Shown here in pieces: positions 1 through 8,290 of a stretch of DNA of 13,250 bases. This DNA is from an uncultured bacterium (GTDB taxonomy: Bacteria > CSSED10-310 > CAZUFC01): NCBI GenBank assembly GCA_964619725.1, contig CAZUFC010000184.1:1-13250 (forward strand). Direction: 5' to 3'. Position 1 is the stretch's first letter. Each line of letters opens with the position of its first letter. The notes under the pieces were generated by a model, which saw only the letters and a program-made list of their open reading frames with translations, did not search any database and was not told the DNA's origin. A program made the position numbers and the translations under genes.

Positions 1-10
1 CAATCTGACT

Positions 11-49
11 CCCCCTCTCCATTCATGGAGAGGGGGCCGGGGGGTGAGG
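11..49. repeat. GC-rich REP-like palindromic element (CCCCCTCTCCAT-TC-ATGGAGAGGGGG followed by CCGGGGGGTGAGG)
   Basis: Perfect 12-bp inverted repeat at 11-22 / 25-36 read directly, followed by a GGGGTGAGG tail. There is no U-tract, so it is not a typical intrinsic terminator. Confidence 0.75.
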
Positions 50-649
50 TCAACCCACCAACAACAATCAAAAAAGCAAGCCAATAAGCCGGCAAATATT
101 TTTCATCGATGGCCGTTTGTCTCTGCGTCGTTGTCGGTATCGCAACAAATAATTACAAGGAGAGATGAATTGTCCTGATCATATATTTAACAGCTTCTTA
201 ATCATTCAAGGCTGCAAAAATTGAAACATCGAAACAAGGATATCTGATCAGCGCCATAAAAATGATCTTCATACTCGATATTCGCGTAATCCGTGATACT
301 GAAAAAATGCGAATTCGGCCGCGAACGCATCTGGGCGGTCCAGAAAACCATGAAAACATACCCAGCTCCCGTCCGAGAAAACCCATCATCCGTCCTTCAG
401 CCTAATCACGCTTGACTTACGGGAGGAGTCTTATGTAAGTATTGAGACGGAGAAAGCCCTGTCACGTTTTTTCCAGGATTTGCGGATATGCGGGAAAAGG
501 GGTACAAACGGCTGACGGGAAATTGATGAATCGCGTATGTTACGGCATTGAATAATTAAGGAACGATGAGTGTTCTGGATTGTAGTAAATAAGATGCGTG
601 ACGGAAACGGCCGTCAACGAAAGCCAGGGTAAGGAGGGTTACGATAACG

Positions 650-2131
650 ATGATGAACCGGGCGATGCAGCGAATGGCGACAATTTTGATTTTGATATGG
701 GGAATGTCTGCGCCGGATGCCGTTAGAGGCGAGGAGAGGGAATTGGGATTGCAGCAGGCGGTGCAGCGTGCGCTGGAGGAGAACCTGGCTTTGTCGCTGG
801 CGAGATTGGTTCCGGAACAGCAGGCGTTGAGCGTGGATACGTCCAAATCGCCGTATGATCCTATTTTGACGGCGGAGACTGGATATTCCGATGCGAAGGA
901 GCCGGGGGCATATTCGGTAGACATTTCGGGTGAAACGCAATCTTATAACTACGGATTGACTCTTAGCGATGCATTATTCACGGGGACGGAATGGGCTGTA
1001 ATGGTGCAACAGACCAAGACCGATTCGGAGTCATCTCTGGCTATATACGAGCGTTATTACGATTCGCGATTGAGTTTCAGCGTCAGTCAGGCGTTGCTTC
1101 AGGGATTCGGCAGGAAGGTGAACCGCTCGGCGACGACGACAGCGGAGTTGAATCTGGAAAAAGCTGAACTGGATTTGAGGGCTGCGATTATGGATATAAT
1201 TTCAAGCGTACACATGCAATACTGGGGATTGTATTATGCTCGCCAGGAGTTGAGGGTACAGCAAAGTGCGCTGGAGCTGGCGGAGTCGCATTTGAACAGA
1301 ACCAACGCCATGATAAAGGCGGGTATGCTGCCGGCGTTGTCGAGGCTTGAAGCGGAGTCGGGGGTTGCGATGCGAAGGGAAGCGGTGATAACGGCTGAAA
1401 CTGCGGCGGCTAATGCAGCGGATGAGTTGAAGATGACGCTTAATATGCTGAACGATGAGCAGGAATTAATGCTGACGGACGAACCCTTGCCGGCTTCAGG
1501 GGGATGGGATTTTAATAATGCGCTGGAATTATCCCTGGACAAGCGTCCTGATGTATTAAAGCTGGAAATCGATAAACGGATCGCTGATTTACAGTTGATG
1601 GTCGCGAAGAATACGCTGCTGCCGGAGCTCGATGCAACAGGCGCGGCAACCTTGTCCGGAACTCAGGAACATTACGGCGATTCGGTGCAGGATATCATTG
1701 ACAGAGAAGGATATGCAGTATCGATAGGACTTCGGTTGTTTTATCCTTTTAAAAATCGTTATGCTGAAGCGGAACTGAGACGAGCTGAATTGAACCTCCA
1801 GTATGTCGAGCTTGAGCAGGAGCGGTTGAATCAGGAGATACGGAAGGAACTCCGGCGTAGGGTTCGCGCTTTGGATTCGGACAGGCAGCGAATCCAGGCG
1901 ACGAATAAATCGCTGGAATATGCGGAGAAGAAACTGGCGGCGGAAGAACGGAAATTTGAGTTGGGAAAATCGTCGAATTTTGCGGTATTGCAATATCAGG
2001 ATGATCTGACGGCGGCCCGGAGCAGCGCCTTGAAGGCGGTGATCGATTACAATCTGGCGCTGGCTGAGCTTTACCGGACGATGGGAACCACGATCGAAGC
2101 AAACAACATAGAAATTGACGTCAAGAAGTGA
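650..2131 (+). CDS. TolC-family outer membrane efflux protein
   Basis: 493-aa ORF with AAGGAGG at 631-637 and a signal-peptide-like N-terminus. Outer-membrane efflux hallmarks: 'LGLQQAVQRALEENL', 'SQALLQGFG', 'YWGLYYA', 'KRPDV', 'LLPELD', 'AEERKFELGKSSNFAVLQYQDDL', 'YNLALAELYRTMG'. First gene of an adaptor/ABC operon. Confidence 0.93.
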   Translation: MMNRAMQRMATILILIWGMSAPDAVRGEERELGLQQAVQRALEENLALSLARLVPEQQALSVDTSKSPYDPILTAETGYSDAKEPGAYSVDISGETQSYNYGLTLSDALFTGTEWAVMVQQTKTDSESSLAIYERYYDSRLSFSVSQALLQGFGRKVNRSATTTAELNLEKAELDLRAAIMDIISSVHMQYWGLYYARQELRVQQSALELAESHLNRTNAMIKAGMLPALSRLEAESGVAMRREAVITAETAAANAADELKMTLNMLNDEQELMLTDEPLPASGGWDFNNALELSLDKRPDVLKLEIDKRIADLQLMVAKNTLLPELDATGAATLSGTQEHYGDSVQDIIDREGYAVSIGLRLFYPFKNRYAEAELRRAELNLQYVELEQERLNQEIRKELRRRVRALDSDRQRIQATNKSLEYAEKKLAAEERKFELGKSSNFAVLQYQDDLTAARSSALKAVIDYNLALAELYRTMGTTIEANNIEIDVKK

Positions 2132-2142
2132 AGGACGGGAAA

Positions 2143-3465
2143 ATGGCAAGGAAAAAAAGAAAGCGGAGAAGAGGGTGGATAATTTTTATTATTCTGGCTG
2201 TCATTGCCGTCGCAGTCGGTCTTTCAATAAAAAATAGATTGGCGGACAAGAAGAACAATGGACTGAAGATGCCTGACATAAAGACGGCCATGGTTGAGCG
2301 GGGCGATGTCGAAATCGTCCTTCGTGAGATAGGAACGATCGAACCTGCTGTTAATGTTGAAGTTAAATCTAACCTGGCAGGAAAGCTGACGGATATTTTC
2401 GTGCGCGAGGGCGACAAGGTGAAATCAGGACAGAGATTGGCGATAGTCGAACCGGAATTGAACCAGGCGCGGACTTTGACGCAGATACGTTCGGCGTTGA
2501 GAAGAGCGGAGATTGAATTACGTGAGGCTAGAAACGATTATGAAAAGAAGCAGCAGTTGTTGAAGGAGGGATATGCATCTTCGGATGAAGTGCGCCTGGC
2601 GAAAGTGCGTCTGGAAGAAGCCAGGAACGCTTACAAGTCCGCCAGGCAGGATTACGATATCGTCGAAGCCAGCGGGATACCGATGGATTCAAGCGGTTCT
2701 GTGGGGGAGAGAATGAACATCGAGAGTCCGATTGCCGGCGTTGTTCTGAGGGTGAACGTGGAGAAGGGCGAGATGGTGACCAGCGCTTCTTCTTTCAATG
2801 CCGGTACGGTGTTGTGTGAAGTAGCTGATCTGGACGTCATGCTGATACGGGCATCCATTAATGAAGTGGACATCGGCAAAGTGGAAAAAGGACAGAAAGT
2901 CAAGATAAAAGTCGATGCTTTTCCCCGGGAAACCTTATGGGGAGAGGTTTCATACATTTCTCCCGCCGCAGAGCAGGCATCGGGAATGCAGGGACAGATC
3001 AAAGTCTTCAAGGTTGAAGTCACTATTGATGAAGTAACCGTCAAGCTCAGATCAGGAATGACGGCTAATATCGATATTATGGGAGACAAGCGGGAGGATG
3101 TGTTGATTGTTCCGGTAGAAGCCGTTTTTCAGAAGGGCGACGAGGATATCGTTTATGTGAAGAAACCGGGACCTGCCGGAAGTTCTGATGCCGGAGGCGG
3201 CGGACCTGCGAGCGGCAAACCGGATGATGAAGAAGCGCCTGCGAAGAGCGGCGGGGATGTCGAATCAAAAGAGGGGGAAGATGGAGCGGCCGGGGATCAG
3301 GAATTATGGAAAAAGCCTTTTGAAGAACGGGAAGTGGAAGTCGGATTAGTTGACTTGAAGCATGCTGAAATAATCGAGGGAGTGGAAGAGGGAGACGAAG
3401 TGGCTGTAGAAAATCCTATTCTTTCTGAAGAAGACAGGAGACGCATGCATGTCCGCTTTGATTAA
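2143..3465 (+). CDS. MacA/HlyD-like periplasmic adaptor (membrane fusion protein)
   Basis: Basic N-terminus plus one TM helix, lipoyl/barrel-sandwich motifs 'VEVKSNLAGKLTDIFVREGDKVKSGQRLA' and 'IESPIAGVVLRVNVEKGEMV', a coiled hairpin, and 'INEVDIGKVEKGQKVKIKVDAFP', 'LRSGMTA', 'VLIVPVEAV'. ATG 2143 (AAGGA at 2131-2135) preferred; GTG 2128 overlapping the tolC stop is the alternative. Confidence 0.92.
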   Translation: MARKKRKRRRGWIIFIILAVIAVAVGLSIKNRLADKKNNGLKMPDIKTAMVERGDVEIVLREIGTIEPAVNVEVKSNLAGKLTDIFVREGDKVKSGQRLAIVEPELNQARTLTQIRSALRRAEIELREARNDYEKKQQLLKEGYASSDEVRLAKVRLEEARNAYKSARQDYDIVEASGIPMDSSGSVGERMNIESPIAGVVLRVNVEKGEMVTSASSFNAGTVLCEVADLDVMLIRASINEVDIGKVEKGQKVKIKVDAFPRETLWGEVSYISPAAEQASGMQGQIKVFKVEVTIDEVTVKLRSGMTANIDIMGDKREDVLIVPVEAVFQKGDEDIVYVKKPGPAGSSDAGGGGPASGKPDDEEAPAKSGGDVESKEGEDGAAGDQELWKKPFEEREVEVGLVDLKHAEIIEGVEEGDEVAVENPILSEEDRRRMHVRFD

Positions 3466-4141
3466 ACTCGAAGACGTTTATAAAATTTACGAAGCGGGCG
3501 AAACGGAAGTAAGGGCGCTCGACGGGGTAGATTTAGAAGCGGAGGCGGGCGAGTATCTGGCGATCATGGGGCCTTCAGGTTCCGGCAAATCGACCCTCAT
3601 GCATATTATCGGATGCCTGGACGTTCCTACGCAAGGAGAATACATTCTGGACGGTCGAAAGGTTTCGGAATTTTCAGCTTTACAGGCCGCTGCGGCTCGC
3701 AATGCCAAAATAGGGTTCGTCTTTCAGAATTTCAATCTTCTTCCCAAAGCTTCCATCCTGAGAAACGTGGAACTGCCGTTAATTTACGCCGGGTTCGGCA
3801 GAAAAGAACGGAGAGAAATAGCGGCTGAAGTTTTAGCGAGAGTGGGCATTCCTACCAGGCATAAGCGCAAGCAGAGCGAATTTTCAGGGGGACAGCGGCA
3901 AAGAGTCGCCATTGCCAGGGCGCTTGTCAATGAACCTTCTATTCTTCTGGCTGATGAACCCACAGGAAATCTTGACACTAAAAGCGGCCAGGAAATCCTG
4001 GATATTTTTGAAAGATTGAACGAACAGGGAAAGACCGTCCTGGTCGTAACGCACGATCCCGCTATAGCTAAACGCGCTAAAAGAGTCGTTGTGCTGCGCG
4101 ACGGCAAAATAGTAGAAGACAAACGCAATGAAATTAACTGA
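3449..4141 (+). CDS. ABC transporter ATP-binding protein, MacB/LolD-type
   Basis: Walker A GPSGSGKST, Q-loop 'IGFVFQNFNLLP', signature FSGGQRQRVAIARAL, Walker B/D-loop 'ILLADEPTGNLD', H-switch 'VVTHD'. Overlaps the upstream gene by 17 nt. Confidence 0.96.
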   Translation: MSALIKLEDVYKIYEAGETEVRALDGVDLEAEAGEYLAIMGPSGSGKSTLMHIIGCLDVPTQGEYILDGRKVSEFSALQAAAARNAKIGFVFQNFNLLPKASILRNVELPLIYAGFGRKERREIAAEVLARVGIPTRHKRKQSEFSGGQRQRVAIARALVNEPSILLADEPTGNLDTKSGQEILDIFERLNEQGKTVLVVTHDPAIAKRAKRVVVLRDGKIVEDKRNEIN

Positions 4142-5351
4142 GTCCATAATCGACGGTCTGATCGATATTAGATCGCACATAGGCCGTACTTTGTTGCAGG
4201 TCTTCGGGATCATCCTGGGCGTGGCTTCAGTCGTCGCCACCAACTCCATGATTTCAGGGGGACAACAGAAATCCCTGGACTTCTATGAGGAAATCGGCGG
4301 ACTGCGTAAACTCGTCGTAACGAACCATTCCATCAGCAAAATCGAAAAAACAGCTCTTGAATTGGCCGGCGAAGGGCTGGTGTTCGATGACCTCGAACCC
4401 CTCACGCAAAGCGAATACATCGAAAGAATAGAGCCCGGTCTGGGAAGAAGACTCGAACTCTCCTTCAGAAGATTCAAAAAACAGTGGTTCGTTGAAGGCG
4501 TGACGCCGAATTATCCGGAAGTTTTTAATTTTCACGTGCATCGCGGCCGTTTCATAAATAACAACGATCTGAAAAACCGAACCAGGGTCGTTGTGCTCGG
4601 AACAGCCGTCGCCAGGCGCATGTTCGGAACCGCGGACCCCATCGGTAAAACGGTCTACATTGACGGGCACGGCTGCAGCGTCGTCGGCATTATGGAAGAA
4701 AAATATTTCGAATTCAATGAATTCAGCAAAAATGTCCTGGAATGGATGAATGAAAAGGTCTTCATCCCCGTGACTACGCTCGCCTTCTCGTTTGTCGGAA
4801 CGCAACAATTGAGCAGCCTGAACATACAGATAGCCGATATAGATAAAAATGAACAGGCTAAAGAAGATATCACCAGAATATTGAGAAGAAATCACCGGGG
4901 AATAGAGGACTTCAAGATATACGACCGTAAGGAGAGAATCGAACAGCATCGTCAGGAATCTCTGGCCTTCAGCATATTGTTTTCCACGACCGGCGCCATT
5001 GCTTTAGTGGTAGGCGGCATTGTAATCATGAACATTCTCCTGGCATCATTTTACGAAAGAATCAGGGAAGTCGGCATAAGAAAAGCGTTGGGGGCTACCT
5101 GGATCGACGTCATAGCTCAATTTTTAGTCGAATCCGTTGTGATTACCATAATCGGCGGTTTTATTGGACTTATACTGGGCATCTTTCTGGTAAAAGTCAT
5201 CCATCAGTTGACCGGTCAATCCTATCCCATTCCCGCTGGGTCCCTGATACTGGCGTTCGTTTTTTCCGTATCCGTGGGCATTATTTTCGGGTTCTATCCC
5301 GCGGTCAAGGCCGCAAGGCTGAATCCCGTCGAGGCGCTGCGATATGAATGA
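4128..5351 (+). CDS. ABC transporter permease, MacB/FtsX-type (permease 1)
   Basis: TM1 'RTLLQVFGIILGVASVVA', periplasmic domain with 'GRFI..DL....RVVVLG..VA..MFG..DPIGK', and C-terminal 'VGGIVIMNILLASFYERIREVGIRKALGA', 'QFLVES', 'GFYPAVKAARLNPVEALRYE'. Confidence 0.95.
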   Translation: MKLTESIIDGLIDIRSHIGRTLLQVFGIILGVASVVATNSMISGGQQKSLDFYEEIGGLRKLVVTNHSISKIEKTALELAGEGLVFDDLEPLTQSEYIERIEPGLGRRLELSFRRFKKQWFVEGVTPNYPEVFNFHVHRGRFINNNDLKNRTRVVVLGTAVARRMFGTADPIGKTVYIDGHGCSVVGIMEEKYFEFNEFSKNVLEWMNEKVFIPVTTLAFSFVGTQQLSSLNIQIADIDKNEQAKEDITRILRRNHRGIEDFKIYDRKERIEQHRQESLAFSILFSTTGAIALVVGGIVIMNILLASFYERIREVGIRKALGATWIDVIAQFLVESVVITIIGGFIGLILGIFLVKVIHQLTGQSYPIPAGSLILAFVFSVSVGIIFGFYPAVKAARLNPVEALRYE

Positions 5352-6591
5352 TTATGTACATCTGAATTTTTTTGAAGCCATATGGAGCGGTATGGTCGAA
5401 ATATACCATCATAAATTGAGGTCCATACTGACAGTGCTCGGCGTCATATTAGGCACCATGGCCATTATCGCCATGACTTCGCTGGTGGAAGGCGCCAAGG
5501 AGATGGTTGCGACCGCCTTCGAACAGGTCGGCTTCGACGGCGTTTTGCTGGTTTCTCCCAAACAGCCTGAAGACAGATGGGAAAAACAGAAATTTGAAGC
5601 TTCTGAAGGATTGAACAATAAAGATTTGAAAGCGCTGGCTTCGCGAACGGAATTCATAGCCGCAGTCACGCCTTATATGCAGAGCAACATGCTGGTCAGC
5701 TACAAGAATCAAAATTTAAACAAAAACATACTGGGTACCGATACCCAATTTTTATACGTCAGAAACCGTTTCGTCAGCGACGGAAGATTCATTGCTCCGG
5801 TGGACGTCCGAACAGCCGCTTCCATTGCTGTCCTGGGCGACAGACTTAAAAAAGAGATGTTCGGCGATCAGAGCCCGGTAGGAGAAAAAATATCCGTTGA
5901 AGGACGACTGATGACTGTCGTAGGTGTTTTGGGCTTCGAAGAAACGCCCATGAGCGAACACGGCGGCAAATGGCCCGAAAGGGACGGCGTGCTCCTACCC
6001 TACACCTTTTATCAGCAATACTTTACGGGGAACGACAGCCTGCATATGATAGGCGTAAAAGTGGAAAGCAAGGATTCCATTGATTCGGCATTCAGAGAGG
6101 TTAACCGTATTTTGAAAGTATCGCACAGGGGCGTAGAAGATTTCGAAGTGCAGAATATAGCCGCAGAATTCGCCGAAGCCGAAACCAAAGTCCAGGAAAT
6201 GATCGGTACCTGGAACGTCATACTCGCTGCCATCGCCGGCATGTCACTGCTGGTTGGAGGCATAGGCATATTAAGCGTCATGCTGATTTCCATACACGAA
6301 CGCACATTCGAAATAGGCCTTCGAAAAGCCATAGGCGCCACCAACAGAAGCATCTTCGCTCAGTTCATTATAGAATCCCTGACGCTGAGCAGCGCTGGAG
6401 CCCTGACCGGAGCCACACTCGGCGCCGTCATTATCTTCGCCACCAGCGGTTACTTCCCCATTCCCCTTACTGTCTCTAAAATCGGCGCCGCACTGACCGT
6501 ATCCTTCGCCATGTTCATCGGCATCGTCTTCGGTTGGTACCCCGCATACAAAGCCGCCGGCCTCGAACCCGTCGATGCTCTCAGAGGATGA
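5344..6591 (+). CDS. ABC transporter permease, MacB/FtsX-type (permease 2)
   Basis: 'KLRSILTVLGVILG', 'GRFIAPVDV', 'VGGIGILSVMLISIHERTFEIGLRKAIGA', 'QFIIES', 'GWYPAYKAAGLEPVDALR'. Overlaps the permease 1 stop. Confidence 0.95.
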   Translation: MNDYVHLNFFEAIWSGMVEIYHHKLRSILTVLGVILGTMAIIAMTSLVEGAKEMVATAFEQVGFDGVLLVSPKQPEDRWEKQKFEASEGLNNKDLKALASRTEFIAAVTPYMQSNMLVSYKNQNLNKNILGTDTQFLYVRNRFVSDGRFIAPVDVRTAASIAVLGDRLKKEMFGDQSPVGEKISVEGRLMTVVGVLGFEETPMSEHGGKWPERDGVLLPYTFYQQYFTGNDSLHMIGVKVESKDSIDSAFREVNRILKVSHRGVEDFEVQNIAAEFAEAETKVQEMIGTWNVILAAIAGMSLLVGGIGILSVMLISIHERTFEIGLRKAIGATNRSIFAQFIIESLTLSSAGALTGATLGAVIIFATSGYFPIPLTVSKIGAALTVSFAMFIGIVFGWYPAYKAAGLEPVDALRG

Positions 6592-6913
6592 CTTTACTGA
6601 ATAACCACCGTAAATTGCCGGTGTGGTCCTTAAAAATCTTTTTTCTGCGATATCTGGCCTCCCGACAGGTTTAAGTCTACAAAATAATGCGGCTCCATTC
6701 TCTTCTTTTTTCGTCTGCATTCCCGATCTTTCAATTGTAAAATGTATTTCGGCGCTGATTTAAAACAGGCTCTGTATATTAGGCTAAAATATAAAAAAAA
6801 ATTTTTTTGTTAAATTCAGAGAAAAGATGGATTGTATAGTGAGAGGCATAGATTGATGATGCAGAGAAAATCGTTTAAAATGATTGAAGATGAATTCGGA
6901 GGGAGTTAATTCG

Positions 6914-8275
6914 ATGACGAAAAAGAGAAATAGGTTTAACATGATTTATTATGATTTCCTGGATCAATTGGCGTTCAGAAAACCGGAGTCTCCATGTCCT
7001 GATCCGAATGAAATAACAAAGCCTTTTCTCATGATTGAGGGTAAATACAAAGATCATTTAACTTCCTGCGGTAATTGCTTCGACCTTTTCATCAAATGGC
7101 ACACCGCAGAATATAAAAAGAGATCGAGTAAAAAAGAAATTTTCAAATCGATTGAAGAGTTGAAAAGCAAAGATTTTCATGAGGAACCGGATGAAGAAGA
7201 GATTTCTGAAACGGTGATGGAAATTCAGGAGAAAAATCGGAAGACTATCGAAGAATTGTCCAGGAATAAGGAGAGATTGTTCAAGTTGCCGGGTTTGAAA
7301 GAGATTGAAAGGACCGAAGAGATAGGAATGGTTTTAGATTTTTATCAGAAATCGAACTTTTCCGCTGCCTTTCATATCTCCAGGAAAGCGTTGAATCAGC
7401 AGCCGCATGATCCCGGCGTCATATTGCTTCATGCGTTTTCTGCTATTGCTGCAGGACGCGGTAATGCGGCTTTGTCGATCATGGATGAGATTGAAAACAA
7501 GATTTCGTCCGGATCGGCAGTCAAAACGACGAGTTCTTTATTCAGAATTTTTGCTTTGCTGTCCCTGGGCCTTTTTCATTCGGCTTTTTCCTTGATATCC
7601 CGGAATATAGAAATGAGCCGGATGCTTCTTCAGGATGAGATTCTTCAAATATCGATGGAGTTGCAGCATGAGATTGAAGCGGTTCGTTTTGCTTCCGCGG
7701 GTTTTGAACTTGGGGATAAATTCGAGGCGGAAAAAGTTCATCCTGTTGTGCTGAATCGTCAAAAATCATTATCAGAGCGTATAAAAGATGCGCTGGAGGC
7801 TTTTATGACCCTGCCCGGCAGTTTTACTGACCGGTTCGCTCATGCCGTTTCTCATGACAGATATCCGGGAAGAATCAGGGAAAAACTGCGGTTTCATGTA
7901 ATAGATTTGACGATCCTTCATTCGGCTTACACAAGCATCAAAATCACAAAAAGCGTTAAAAAGAAATTTAACTTTTTTGATTTGCCTGATGATTACATCA
8001 GCCGTAGGGTTTATCTGGCGATAATGAGCGATTACGATATCAGGAAAAAATATCCGGATACTGAAGGAACGCAGATGGAGTCAGCTCTCAGGAAAATATT
8101 CCTTTCCGGCCGATTCCTGGAAATGGATATTGAATTGAAGCATGTTCAGGCTGCCGTCGTGAAGGAATACAAGTCGAATGGAGAGACAAAGGGCTGTTTT
8201 GAGTTTGAGATTCCCGATTCCTTACAGGATCAGATTTTGAGATTATCCAACCAGACGGCTGTCGTGATTACATAA
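6914..8275 (+). CDS. Hypothetical protein with N-terminal zinc-binding anti-sigma (ZAS/zf-HC2-like) motif and TPR-like helices; putative soluble anti-sigma factor
   Basis: ATG 6914 is preceded by GGAGGGAG at 6898-6905 (the ORF track starts at TTG 6884). Motif C-P-x18-H-L-x2-C-x2-C ('CPDPNE...KDHLTSCGNC', 6995-7078). TPR-like 'FYQKSNFSAAFHISRKALNQQPHDPGVILLHAFSAIAAGRGNAAL'. Adjacent to an ECF sigma gene. The CDS is solid; the function is inferred. Confidence 0.7.
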   Translation: MTKKRNRFNMIYYDFLDQLAFRKPESPCPDPNEITKPFLMIEGKYKDHLTSCGNCFDLFIKWHTAEYKKRSSKKEIFKSIEELKSKDFHEEPDEEEISETVMEIQEKNRKTIEELSRNKERLFKLPGLKEIERTEEIGMVLDFYQKSNFSAAFHISRKALNQQPHDPGVILLHAFSAIAAGRGNAALSIMDEIENKISSGSAVKTTSSLFRIFALLSLGLFHSAFSLISRNIEMSRMLLQDEILQISMELQHEIEAVRFASAGFELGDKFEAEKVHPVVLNRQKSLSERIKDALEAFMTLPGSFTDRFAHAVSHDRYPGRIREKLRFHVIDLTILHSAYTSIKITKSVKKKFNFFDLPDDYISRRVYLAIMSDYDIRKKYPDTEGTQMESALRKIFLSGRFLEMDIELKHVQAAVVKEYKSNGETKGCFEFEIPDSLQDQILRLSNQTAVVIT

Positions 8276-8290
8276 GAGAAAAAACGTCCA

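Noticed and set aside
595-645. Resemblance to a c-di-GMP-I riboswitch (AAAGCC...GGGTTAC)
   Set aside because: It lacks the GGCAAA/GNRA P1-P2 architecture and the length is inadequate. An Rfam hit would be needed.
3881-3895. ABC signature FSGGQ instead of LSGGQ
   Set aside because: This is a common tolerated variant and all other ATPase motifs are intact.
6604-6627. Hairpin after permease 2 (CACCG/CGGTG) as an intrinsic terminator
   Set aside because: The stem is short and imperfect and there is no immediately adjacent U-tract.
198-6720. Numerous short or antisense ORFs in the ORF track (e.g. 556-924, 1589-2149, 2652-3089, 4254-4949, 6271-6720, and 198-389)
   Set aside because: Nearly all are shadows of well-supported genes on the opposite strand or frame and have no recognisable motifs. 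198-389 is intergenic but has no supporting motif and overlaps a micro-repeat.
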